A stretch of 64,000 nt of DNA from Patescibacteria group bacterium. Lineage in GTDB: Bacteria > Patescibacteriota > Microgenomatia > UBA10105 > UBA927. The position numbers were made by a program, and so were the translations under genes. The stretch lies in assembly GCA_035510735.1 (NCBI GenBank), contig DATKGN010000002.1, positions 125,118-189,117 on the forward strand, given 5' to 3'. Under the pieces are notes generated by a model, which was not told the DNA's origin, did not search any database, and was given only the letters and a program-made list of their open reading frames with translations. Of this stretch, positions 52,847 through 61,950 are shown in pieces; the first letter of the stretch is position 1; every line of letters starts with the position of its first letter.

Positions 52847-54295
52847 TTAGTACGCCTGGGCAAATATCCACCGGTGTGTAGCCGGTTTTCCACAGTAAAC
52901 ACACTTCCCTTGTTCTTCTTTCGCATGAAGTGGTAAGCAACGCGTTGTCGCCTTCGTTTCCTTCTTAATCGCATCTTCACACGCGGCATCTTCACACCAA
53001 AACGCCCGGATGAATCCCCGATCCGTGGCCATAATATTTTTGAATTCCTGATAATTTTGCGCGTCACGCGTATTCTCATCAAGGAACTTCTTGGCTTTGG
53101 CGAAAAGGTTCGTCTGGATATCTTTGAGAATTTTCTCAACGGTCACAAGCATATTTTCCCGCTTCACGGTGATCTTTTCTCCGGTATCCCGGCGTGCAAT
53201 CGTCACACTCCGGTCATCGAATTCTTTTTGCCCGATCTCAAACCGGACCGGCACGCCCTTCACTTCCCATTCATTAAACCTTCGGCCGACGCTTGTCTCA
53301 GTCCGGTCGTCGAGTTTACTCCTTACCCCTCCATTATTGAGCGCTTCTTTTATCTCGCCGCAATACGCTGACAATAATGCCGAATCGTTCTCTTTTCTCA
53401 TGATCGGCATGAGAACAACTTGGATTGGAGCAATTTTAGGTGGCAGCACGAGACCACTGTCATCGCCGTGGACAAGGAATAATCCCCCTAAACTCCGGGT
53501 GGAAAGTCCCCACGACGTTTGCCAGGCAAATTCCATTTTGCCCTCACGGCTTTGGAACTGGATATCAAAGACTTTGGAAAAATTTTGCCCGAGATTATGT
53601 GACGTCCCTGCCTGGAGCGCTTTCCCATCCGGCATAAGCGCTTCGATTGCAAACGTTGCCTTGGCGCCCGCAAACTTTTCCGATTCGCTTTTCCGTCCTA
53701 ACACACAGGGAATTGCGTAATAATCTTCATACACCTGCCGGTACCAATCCAGTGCCTTCATGACGATATCGACGGCCTCCCGCTCCGTCTCGTGAACCGT
53801 ATGCCCCTCCTGCCAAAGAAATTCAGTCGTCCTCAAGAACAAATACGTGCGCTTCTCCCACCGAACCACATTGTTCCATTGATTGATGAGCATCGGGAGG
53901 TCGCGCCAGCTATGAATCCACTTTTTATACATTTCATACATGATGGTTTCGCTCGTTGGCCGGACCACAAGAGGATCCTTAAGCGTTTCACCGCCGCCGA
54001 TCGTCACAATCGCAAGCTCCGGTGAAAACCCCTTGACGTGCTCTTTTTCCTTTTCGAGTAACGAATACGGGATAAATAAAGGAAAATATGCATTCTCAAC
54101 ACCCGCCGGCCGGATCATCCCGTTAAATATCTCCTGCACTTTTTCCCAAAGCGCATACCCGTATGGACGGATCACCATTGTGCCTTTGACGGGTCCGTAA
54201 TCGGCAAGTGTCGCTTTGAGAATCACATCGGTATACCAATCCGACAGGTTTTCACTTTTCTTCTTCAATTCCTTTTTATCAAATTGTTTTGCCAT
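52847..54295 (-). CDS. proS: proline--tRNA ligase (archaeal/eukaryotic-like type)
   Basis: RPTSET, FLRTTEFLWQEGH, QAGTSH, SWGLSTR and C-terminal AQAY; GGAGG Shine-Dalgarno. Confidence 0.96.
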   Translation of the reverse strand: MAKQFDKKELKKKSENLSDWYTDVILKATLADYGPVKGTMVIRPYGYALWEKVQEIFNGMIRPAGVENAYFPLFIPYSLLEKEKEHVKGFSPELAIVTIGGGETLKDPLVVRPTSETIMYEMYKKWIHSWRDLPMLINQWNNVVRWEKRTYLFLRTTEFLWQEGHTVHETEREAVDIVMKALDWYRQVYEDYYAIPCVLGRKSESEKFAGAKATFAIEALMPDGKALQAGTSHNLGQNFSKVFDIQFQSREGKMEFAWQTSWGLSTRSLGGLFLVHGDDSGLVLPPKIAPIQVVLMPIMRKENDSALLSAYCGEIKEALNNGGVRSKLDDRTETSVGRRFNEWEVKGVPVRFEIGQKEFDDRSVTIARRDTGEKITVKRENMLVTVEKILKDIQTNLFAKAKKFLDENTRDAQNYQEFKNIMATDRGFIRAFWCEDAACEDAIKKETKATTRCLPLHAKEEQGKCVYCGKPATHRWIFAQAY

Positions 54296-54307
54296 ATATT
54301 CCTCCAC

Positions 54308-54523
54308 AAAAAAACCGTTCCTCCATAAGGACGAACGGCTGTTCGTGGTACCACCTTAATTTAGGGTTTAGGGATTAGAGTTTAGAATTTAGTTATCCTA
54401 AACTCTAATGCTCTACACTCTAAGCTCTCTTATTTACAGCTATTTCGGGCTTATCCGTCCCCGTTCTTAGCGGGACCGCTCGCTATGCTCGGAACATAGC
54501 GTTCCCTCTAAAGGATCGCGTTG
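54308..54523 (-). promoter_or_regulatory. T-box riboswitch upstream of proS
   Basis: AAGGUGGUACCACG...CGUCCUU antiterminator overlapping terminator ccgttc...gaacgg-U8. Confidence 0.88.
54361..54425. repeat. 7-nt repeat hairpin inside the T-box leader
   Basis: ttagggt/ttagagt units followed by cctaaac/tctaatg units. Confidence 0.7.
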
Positions 54524-54529
54524 CTCTCT

Positions 54530-54558
54530 ACTCTACGGGTTTTCCATCCTGTTGTCAA
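54530..54558 (-). promoter_or_regulatory. sigma70 promoter of proS
   Basis: TTGACA-17 nt-TAGAGT. Confidence 0.75.
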
Positions 54559-54580
54559 GAATACAGCGATCATCGTTTCT

Positions 54581-55429
54581 TCAATTTCCATGCCCCTTAC
54601 CAAATCCGCTACCATACCCATTATTTCCGTATCCGTTGCTGTTTCCGTTGTTATTCCCGTTCCAATAATTATTCTGATGGCCCCCCGGCGTCGAAGTGGG
54701 TGTCGGCGAATTGGTCGTCTGAAGCGAGGACTCTTGAAAGGCCGGAGCAGGAGAAGGTGAGGGTGTCGGTGTAAATGTCGGTTGAGGTGTGGGCGCGGGT
54801 GTCGGCGTTACAGTATTTTGCTGTTCTGAATTTGCAGGTTGATACGTATTAAGCAGTTGAACATCATGAATGATGGTGGTGATTTGATTTTGCGTGGTAT
54901 CTATTTGATGTATTACCTCGACAACCTGCGTCACCTGGGTTACATGATTCACAATAATCACTTCCCGATGAACGACAGATGGTGCTGTATTAATGGATCC
55001 CGATGAAACACTTGCGCCGTTATATTTGTTGAATATCTGTTTTTGTTGTTCAAGCTGACTGGACGCATTTTGAAGCGCCGTTACATACTGAATAGTCATC
55101 TGATCCCGTGACGGACCGGGAGGTGCTTGTGCGATAGCCAGTTTTGCCGCCTCCGCCTGCTCTGTAAAATACGCGAGACCATCCGGCGATGCGCTGTTGT
55201 TAAGAAGCGTCGTCGCTTCAGAAAATCGTTGATTGGTGAATGCTATCTGCAATTCTCCTTTCGCCTGACTCGTCGGCGCGAGCGCTAAAACCGTATTTTC
55301 CATGGCGATCTTCACACCGTACAACCGGTTTCCGGGAACATCGTTCCATGAAGCAACCGCAAGTCCGCTCGGAATTAAAAATAGGAGCAACAATATCCAA
55401 ATCGTCGTATCAATCCAGGAACTCCGCAT
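54581..55429 (-). CDS. DUF5667-like membrane-anchored protein with PT-rich and N/G-rich tail
   Basis: VPGNRLYGVKIAME...RFSEA pattern. Confidence 0.75.
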   Translation of the reverse strand: MRSSWIDTTIWILLLLFLIPSGLAVASWNDVPGNRLYGVKIAMENTVLALAPTSQAKGELQIAFTNQRFSEATTLLNNSASPDGLAYFTEQAEAAKLAIAQAPPGPSRDQMTIQYVTALQNASSQLEQQKQIFNKYNGASVSSGSINTAPSVVHREVIIVNHVTQVTQVVEVIHQIDTTQNQITTIIHDVQLLNTYQPANSEQQNTVTPTPAPTPQPTFTPTPSPSPAPAFQESSLQTTNSPTPTSTPGGHQNNYWNGNNNGNSNGYGNNGYGSGFGKGHGN

Positions 55430-55463
55430 GCTATGTCAGCGTAAATGATATTCTTTCTCCCTG

Positions 55464-56588
55464 TCAACCACCCTGGGCCAACCTGAGAATATCGTGTATT
55501 GAAATAAGAACGACCAGAGCCAAGAGTATGAGCATCCCAATCTGATGGGTCGAACGCTCAAACGCGGGGGCGATTTTCCGCCCTAATATTTTTTCAAGAA
55601 ATACAAATAGCACACGGCCTCCATCAAGCGCGGGAATCGGAAGAACGTTTAACACCGCCAAATTTAATGACAAAAGACTCATAAACTCCAGAACCGCGCG
55701 GAAACCGAACTTAACCGCCTGACCGGTTACTTGAGCTATCCCGATCGGTCCTGCTACATCTGCGCCCACCGGCTTTAACTGTGCCACCTTCACGATAAGA
55801 CCCCAGATACCGGTAAACATATCACCCGCCCGCGCCACGTTTTGTTTTACTGCGACCCACGGCGCGCGCGATAACGGATACGTCTTAAACTCCAAGTCCG
55901 AAACTGCAACACCCATCGGCCCCTCCCCTGCCGGAAACGTTTTACGCGGAACCAACGAGACCGGAAATGTCGAACTGTTCCTCACGATAGTAAAAGTTAT
56001 AGACTCGCCTTCATGTGCGTGGGTAAACGTCACTAAATCACTGGGCACAATGACGCTCTTTGTTTCACCACTTACACCTAAAGGCGAGTACGTTACGCGT
56101 GTGATGATATCGTTTTGCTTAATGCCGGCGGCGGCGGCCGGGCTTCCCGCGACAACACGTTCTATATGGACCTGACCAGTGGTTTCATAAACGCCTTGCG
56201 TCAAAAGATATGTCGTAATGCCAACGGCCAATAGAAAATTCATGGTCACACCAGCAAGGAGTATCGCGACGCGTTCCGTTTTACTCCGTGCCCAGAAATA
56301 TTGAGAAAGTGTCTGTTTGCTCGACCCTTTGCCCGCCGAAGCCTTGGCGGAGGGCGGGTCATCATCTTCTCCGGAGAGCTTCACAAACCCGCCGATCGGA
56401 AGCCAATTAATGGAGTATATTGTTTTCCCTATCTTTTTCCCCCAAATCCGGGGCGGCAATCCGAACCCGAATTCCTCAACGTGGACCCCTATGAGTCGCG
56501 CAACCGTATAATGGCCAAGCTCATGAACGAATACGAGGATACTGAGAATAATGAAAAATACGACAATGGTGATAATAGTGGTTATCAT
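55464..56588 (-). CDS. rseP: RIP metalloprotease RseP (M50)
   Basis: HELGH, PIGGFV, PDZ-like segment and NVLPIPALDGG motifs. Confidence 0.93.
   Translation of the reverse strand: MITTIITIVVFFIILSILVFVHELGHYTVARLIGVHVEEFGFGLPPRIWGKKIGKTIYSINWLPIGGFVKLSGEDDDPPSAKASAGKGSSKQTLSQYFWARSKTERVAILLAGVTMNFLLAVGITTYLLTQGVYETTGQVHIERVVAGSPAAAAGIKQNDIITRVTYSPLGVSGETKSVIVPSDLVTFTHAHEGESITFTIVRNSSTFPVSLVPRKTFPAGEGPMGVAVSDLEFKTYPLSRAPWVAVKQNVARAGDMFTGIWGLIVKVAQLKPVGADVAGPIGIAQVTGQAVKFGFRAVLEFMSLLSLNLAVLNVLPIPALDGGRVLFVFLEKILGRKIAPAFERSTHQIGMLILLALVVLISIHDILRLAQGG
56332..56358. repeat. short palindromic element in frame within rseP (PPSAKASAGK)
   Basis: cccgccgaagccttggcggagggcggg, same family as 12656 and 27701. 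Confidence 0.8.
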
Positions 56589-56664
56589 AAAAACAATATA
56601 ATGACCTGATGAAGCTATTATCCAATGATTCGGAGGTAGAAGTAAATAGGGATTAACTAAACTC

Positions 56665-57228
56665 TCACACCTGGAGAAGTTCTGCTTCTTTCTTTGCGCC
56701 GATTGCGTCAATTTCAGCAATCATCTCGTCCGTCATCTCCTGAACAAGTTTATCACCGTGCTCCTGTTGATCCTCTGAAATGGTTTTTTCATCGGCCTCT
56801 TTCTTCAGGTTTTTCATCGCCTCATGCCGTATCTGCCGTATCATGATGCGCCCGCCTTCAAGTTTGGCTTTTGCTAATTTCGTATATTCGAGGCGCCGTT
56901 CCTCCGATAATGGCGGAAGTGAAATCCGGATGATCTCTTTATCAATAACCGGGGTTAGGCCGCTACTTCCGGCTAAGATGCCCTTTTCAATTTCCGCTAG
57001 TTGTGATGGATCGTATGGTGATATCACAATCGTTTTGGCATCCATTGTCGAAATGGTCGCCATCTCCATGAGCCTCAAGTGCTGGCTCCCGCCATAGGAC
57101 GCAATCATAATATTTTCAACAAGTGCGGGAGTGGCGCGACCGGAACGAATCGTACTTAAATCCTGATTCGTGACCTCGAGGGCTTTTTTCATGTGGTCAC
57201 GCGTTCTTTGAAGTATTGTGTCAACCAT
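56665..57228 (-). CDS. frr: ribosome recycling factor
   Basis: IRSGRATP, PPLSEERR and IRQIR motifs. Confidence 0.95.
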   Translation of the reverse strand: MVDTILQRTRDHMKKALEVTNQDLSTIRSGRATPALVENIMIASYGGSQHLRLMEMATISTMDAKTIVISPYDPSQLAEIEKGILAGSSGLTPVIDKEIIRISLPPLSEERRLEYTKLAKAKLEGGRIMIRQIRHEAMKNLKKEADEKTISEDQQEHGDKLVQEMTDEMIAEIDAIGAKKEAELLQV

Positions 57229-57298
57229 TGCTGTAGGTATCTTACCCGCCTCCTGCCTTGAATGTCAAGAACCGTATAAGATCCAGGTCAGTTGAACG

Positions 57299-58288
57299 TT
57301 AATATCGCTTCGGAATAATAAGTTTATTATCAGATATCGCCCGCGTAACCGACCTAAACCTGCCGTTATTTCGGGCGTCATTCAGCGTCTCCGGGGTCTC
57401 ATCTTCTCCGAATATATGGAAAAAATAATCATGATCAAAATAGTAACGCACAACCTGTAGAAATGAATCGTAAGACGTATTCGGCAATGATAAAAGATAA
57501 TATTTACCTGAACCTGATTCTTTTGATCCTGTCTTTACATGGTCGATGAATGTCAGAGTTAAACCGCTTTTTTGAGCAAGTTTCTCGGGGTCATCATTTG
57601 AGCCAAAGTGATATGAGTTAAAAATACTTATGAACATATTCCGCTGCCAAAACGTTTCTTCGCCCTTCATAAATGCGAGTGTGTCTACGGTATTATGAGG
57701 GTCATTCTTCGCGGATTCGATTATCGAGAGACCAGAGTCAACTTTTATCAGGTTAGCATTATCATACGGCGAATCCTTAAGGGTAAAACGCACATAATTG
57801 ATGAGCCAACCGGCGACCAGTTCACCTGTTTTATACCGACTCATTTCGTACCGTGCCGCCGGGTTCCGGTCTGAAGAAAAAATCACATAGTCACCATCAA
57901 GTATTTCGTTTGCTTGGTGTGAGGTCAATTCATTCCGATCAGTAGTCGCCCATAAGAATATCGGCAACAGGTCCTTTGCGACTTTGAGTAAGCGAAGCTT
58001 AGCACGAATCTGAGGCCCGTCGATATACGGAGAGCTTATCGCCTCAACCGCTGTTTCTGCATTTTCATACATTACGCGCGCGTTGAACTTGTCCAACAGG
58101 TCTGCCTTTTCAAAAATTGAATGAACGAGTGTATTGCTTTCGTAGTTATCTCCGTTAGGATCAGACAAGTCACCCCGGACAATACCGATATCATGCGTGT
58201 GATTTGTTGCACCGTGCTCGAATAGTGTTCGTGCAAAAACTTGAGGATTTGTAGTTGAAGAATACTTTTCTACCGCACCTAATGCCAT
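57299..58288 (-). CDS. hypothetical protein with possible HD-like motifs
   Basis: HDIG and ADLLD within the first 70 aa. Confidence 0.6.
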   Translation of the reverse strand: MALGAVEKYSSTTNPQVFARTLFEHGATNHTHDIGIVRGDLSDPNGDNYESNTLVHSIFEKADLLDKFNARVMYENAETAVEAISSPYIDGPQIRAKLRLLKVAKDLLPIFLWATTDRNELTSHQANEILDGDYVIFSSDRNPAARYEMSRYKTGELVAGWLINYVRFTLKDSPYDNANLIKVDSGLSIIESAKNDPHNTVDTLAFMKGEETFWQRNMFISIFNSYHFGSNDDPEKLAQKSGLTLTFIDHVKTGSKESGSGKYYLLSLPNTSYDSFLQVVRYYFDHDYFFHIFGEDETPETLNDARNNGRFRSVTRAISDNKLIIPKRY

Positions 58289-58314
58289 ACGATTTGTACG
58301 TTTCCGGCAGGATC

Positions 58315-58770
58315 TTATTCCCCCAGCGCCATCCGCGTAAAGCGTGCTATGGTAATATTTTCCCCGACCTTTGCGATCGTCTGTTTGACGAGTGCTTCGA
58401 TCGTAAGCTTCGGATCACGGATATATTCACTTTTCAACAGGATTTTGACATCCTTGGGATTCATGGACGCAACCTGCAGGGCCAACTCATGCGTCAAGGT
58501 TTTAAATGCATCGGTCCGTGCCACGAAATCGGTTTCACAGCGGACTTCAACAAGGACGCCGACTTTCCCACCATGGACATAGGATTCAATAAGCCCTGCT
58601 CCTGTTTTGCGGTCTGCCTTCTTCGCCGCTTTTTCGACGCCGCGGGCGATAAGCAATTTTTTCGCCTTTTCGTAATCGCTGTTTGCGTCTTCAAGCGCCT
58701 GTCTGCAGTTCGACACACCTGCCGATGTTTCGGCCCGTAGTTTTTTCAGTAAATCAAGTGATATCTGCAT
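58315..58770 (-). CDS. tsf: elongation factor Ts (short form)
   Basis: LRAETSAG...C..AL and EVRCETDFVA motifs. Confidence 0.95.
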   Translation of the reverse strand: MQISLDLLKKLRAETSAGVSNCRQALEDANSDYEKAKKLLIARGVEKAAKKADRKTGAGLIESYVHGGKVGVLVEVRCETDFVARTDAFKTLTHELALQVASMNPKDVKILLKSEYIRDPKLTIEALVKQTIAKVGENITIARFTRMALGE

Positions 58771-58772
58771 AG

Positions 58773-59687
58773 TTATTTCCCCGCTTTCTTTGTGACTCCT
58801 GGTTTAGCCAACTCGGGTGCCGCTTCCTTTTTTACTTCAACTTTGGCTGCGGCGGCTTTCTTCGCCATTTTCTCTGCCTCGCGTTTTTGCTCTTCTTTTA
58901 ATGACAACACTTTTTTAGCATCTTCATCCTGTTTTTTCTTTGCTTCTTCAGCTTTTACTCTGAGCTCCTCATTTTTTACTTGTTCTTCTTCCTTCCGCCT
59001 GTTAAGAATATCTTTGCCTTCCTGATACGCTGTGGCTATGTAATGAACGATATAGGTAACCGAACCGACCGCATCATCGTTTGCAGGAATGACGTAATCA
59101 ATTCCTGTCGGATCTGAATTGGTATCAACGACACCGACAACCGGAACTACACGCCGCTGTGCTTCACGAACAGCAGCAATTTCTTTACGAGTGTCTACGA
59201 CAAATAATACTGCTGGCACCTGCATGAGGTGAAGTACTCCGCCATAATATATTTTTATCCTACTTAAATACCGTGCCATCTTCGTTTGTTCGTGCTTGGG
59301 AAATTTTTTCCACGCGCCTGTTGCCTGTTCATCGGTCATCCGGTTAATTTTCTCAATATTTTTCCGGATCTGGTCCCAATTCGTTAAAAATCCGCCGATC
59401 CATCGTTCGGAAAAATATGGCGCACCGACTGCTTCGGCTTCCTGTTGCAAAATTCCCCGTGCCTGGCGCTTCGTCCCGACAAACAATACCTCACCCCCGC
59501 CTGCTACCACGGATTTAATATGTTCTCCCGCCGCCTCAAGACCTGCTTTGGTTTTGGCTAAATCAATAATGTGGATTCCGTCTTTCTCGGTATAAATAAA
59601 TTGGGACGCTTTCGGGTGCCAACGCTCAGATTTGTGGCCAAAATGACAACCCGCTTCAAGTAATGCCTGTAGTGTAATTTCTTGCAT
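58773..59687 (-). CDS. rpsB: 30S ribosomal protein S2 with charged C-terminal tail
   Basis: LLEAGCHFGH, FVGTKRQ, RWIGGFLTN and IPANDDA motifs. Confidence 0.96.
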   Translation of the reverse strand: MQEITLQALLEAGCHFGHKSERWHPKASQFIYTEKDGIHIIDLAKTKAGLEAAGEHIKSVVAGGGEVLFVGTKRQARGILQQEAEAVGAPYFSERWIGGFLTNWDQIRKNIEKINRMTDEQATGAWKKFPKHEQTKMARYLSRIKIYYGGVLHLMQVPAVLFVVDTRKEIAAVREAQRRVVPVVGVVDTNSDPTGIDYVIPANDDAVGSVTYIVHYIATAYQEGKDILNRRKEEEQVKNEELRVKAEEAKKKQDEDAKKVLSLKEEQKREAEKMAKKAAAAKVEVKKEAAPELAKPGVTKKAGK

Positions 59688-59695
59688 AATTATAT

Positions 59696-59832
59696 TTGTC
59701 ATTCCCGCGTAGGCGGGAATCTCCTCGCTATCCTCCTTCGCTCAAATTCGTCTTGTGGTTTACATCCACACATCCGAATGTTCGCTTCGGCGGATTGATC
59801 ATATCTAAACTCTCCCTCGACAAACTCGGGAT
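59696..59832. repeat. cluster of palindromic elements in the rpsB 5' region
   Basis: ttgtcattcccgcgtaggcgggaatc; cttcgctc...ttcgcttcg rod; tccctcgacaaactcggga. Confidence 0.7.
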
Positions 59833-59848
59833 CGTTAAGCTATGAATC

Positions 59849-59875
59849 AAAAAAAGCACCGATACGCCGGTGCTT
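59849..59875 (-). terminator. intrinsic terminator within the rpsB leader
   Basis: aagcaccg-gcgtat-cggtgc followed by a U7 tract on the minus strand. Confidence 0.8.
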
Positions 59876-59885
59876 AAACCTTCTT

Positions 59886-59957
59886 GCGTATCTCTTTAAA
59901 CAAACACTCAATTGCCCTTCGACTCAGCCGGAGGGAAGAGATAGCTTATTGAGTGCG
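59886..59957 (-). promoter_or_regulatory. rpsB (S2) leader RNA with pseudoknot
   Basis: cactcaat/attgagtg stem, inner hairpin, and tatctctt/aagagata pseudoknot helix. Confidence 0.7.
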
Positions 59958-59968
59958 ATAATGAACGT

Positions 59969-59997
59969 ATTATACGGTCAAATCAAATTATTTGCAA
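59969..59997 (-). promoter_or_regulatory. sigma70 promoter of rpsB-tsf
   Basis: TTGCAA-17 nt-TATAAT. Confidence 0.8.
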
Positions 59998-60028
59998 TAC
60001 AGTACATAGTACGGTATTGTAAGCTCAT

Positions 60029-60487
60029 ATGATTGATTTTAATGCGGTTTATAATGTCTTCATCGATTCACTGTCATTTAATGATATTCCTCAACAGTTT
60101 AAAACTGAATTGATCTTATCTATTCCGACAGGACAGGACCGGATCGCGGCAGGAGCGGCTCAAATGGTTGAATCATGGCGAAACGATTGGGCGAAAGACT
60201 ATAAGAACATTGAAAAATCCAATCTTATCGACGACGTAGCAGATAAACGGGTGCGCATTGAACAAAAGGAAACAGAAGCTCCCGAAGAAATCCATATTCA
60301 GAGGCTACTTGAAGATATTATCCCCGGTTTCAAGGATGGAACATACCAACAGGCTCTTGATGAGCGCGATATGTATGTTGTAACCCAAATGGCTGATTTC
60401 CTAGGCCGCATCGGCAAACCTGTTCCGCACGCCGTAACGACTTTCTTCAATGAACGGCTCTCGGTCCCCCCGACAAAACATACATAA
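60029..60487 (+). CDS. hypothetical protein
   Basis: 152-aa ORF with no motif. Confidence 0.6.
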   Translation: MIDFNAVYNVFIDSLSFNDIPQQFKTELILSIPTGQDRIAAGAAQMVESWRNDWAKDYKNIEKSNLIDDVADKRVRIEQKETEAPEEIHIQRLLEDIIPGFKDGTYQQALDERDMYVVTQMADFLGRIGKPVPHAVTTFFNERLSVPPTKHT

Positions 60488-60497
60488 ACCTCCGATG

Positions 60498-61820
60498 TTA
60501 CGGAACGGGAAATTTTCTGGCAAACAGTTTCACCTCGCGCCCTATTCGCAACAAATTTTTATTCTTCCATAATTCAACCTTCACTTGCTTTACGAACGCG
60601 CTTCGTTCTTCCTTGGCCTCCGGCAACCGGTAATGAGAAACTTCACAGACAACCTCATAAATCCACGCACTAATCGTTTTCATATCTTCCTCTTTCATGC
60701 CCCGCGTCGTCAAAATCGGCGTCCCCAAGCGGACTCCTGACGGATACATCGGCGGGTTCGTATCGTGCGGCACCGTGTTGTAATTAGCCACAATATTGGC
60801 CACCTCCAACGCTTCCGCAACGATGTTGCCTATGACCTTCTCCTTGCGTAAATCTATAACGATCAAATGACTATCCGTGCCGCCGGTCGTTAACGTCAGG
60901 CCTTTGGCCGTTAGCCCCGCGGCTAAAGCTTTGGCATTTTTCACGATCTGGTGGCCGTATTTTTTAAACGCAGGGGTTGCCGCTTCTTTCATGCAGACGG
61001 CGATAGCTGCTGACACATTATCATGCGGCCCACCCTGAAGCCCCGGAAATATCGCACGATCAATCTTTTTCCCCATATCCGCGTCTTTCTGCAATCCCTG
61101 GTCGGTAACGAGAAGGACGGCTCCGCGGGGACCCCTCATCGTTTTGTGTGTCGTGAACATGACGACATCAACATACGCTACGGGCGTCGGATACGCGCCG
61201 ACTGCCACCATGCCGGCAACGTGAGAAATGTCAGCTAAAAGAAAAGCGCCCACGGAATCGGCAATGGCTTTCCATTTTGCCCATTCTAGAACCCTCGGAT
61301 ATGCAGTCGTTCCGATTGCCATCATCTTCGGTTTTTCTATTTTGGCAAGAGCTGCCACTTTATCCATATCAATCCAACCGTCCTGCTCAACATCAAACTG
61401 CGCGGAAGTAAAATATTTGCCTGAAAACGTGACATTTGGATGTCCGTGCGTCAGATGCCCCCCGCCGGAAAGCTTTAATCCCATGATTTTGTCACCGGGA
61501 GCAAGAAGCGCGAAGTACACGGCGGCATTCGCCGGTGATCCGGAATATGGTTGCACATTGGCGTGGGGCACACCAAACAGTTTCTTTGTACGCTCTACGG
61601 CAGTTAATTCAATTTCATCAACAAACCGGTTCCCCTGATAATACCGCTTATTGGCGTATCCTTCTGAATATTTATTGGTAAGAATACTTCCGAGTGCTTC
61701 ACGCACTGCGGCCGATGCATAATTTTCACTGGGGATCATTTCAAGCACATCTCGTTGTCTCTTATCCTCTAAGTCAATGAGTTTCGCAATTTGCGGATCT
61801 GTTTGTTTTAATGTCTTCAT
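60498..61820 (-). CDS. glyA: serine hydroxymethyltransferase
   Basis: IPSENY, NKYSEGY, GGHLTHG, TTHKTMRGPRG and FPGLQGGP motifs. Confidence 0.97.
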   Translation of the reverse strand: MKTLKQTDPQIAKLIDLEDKRQRDVLEMIPSENYASAAVREALGSILTNKYSEGYANKRYYQGNRFVDEIELTAVERTKKLFGVPHANVQPYSGSPANAAVYFALLAPGDKIMGLKLSGGGHLTHGHPNVTFSGKYFTSAQFDVEQDGWIDMDKVAALAKIEKPKMMAIGTTAYPRVLEWAKWKAIADSVGAFLLADISHVAGMVAVGAYPTPVAYVDVVMFTTHKTMRGPRGAVLLVTDQGLQKDADMGKKIDRAIFPGLQGGPHDNVSAAIAVCMKEAATPAFKKYGHQIVKNAKALAAGLTAKGLTLTTGGTDSHLIVIDLRKEKVIGNIVAEALEVANIVANYNTVPHDTNPPMYPSGVRLGTPILTTRGMKEEDMKTISAWIYEVVCEVSHYRLPEAKEERSAFVKQVKVELWKNKNLLRIGREVKLFARKFPVP

Positions 61821-61950
61821 ATGTAGTCTCCTTTAATAAAATAACGTACGGGCAGAAATAATAAGCAAAACGAAGGTAATGAAGAAGATGTTAGATCATA
61901 CAATTACACTTATAATAGTGTATCTATTTTCCCTTTGCAAGAAAGAAATA

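Noticed and set aside
52819-53139. 106-aa ORF overlapping the proS 3' end
   Set aside because: Alternative frame of a conserved gene with no independent support
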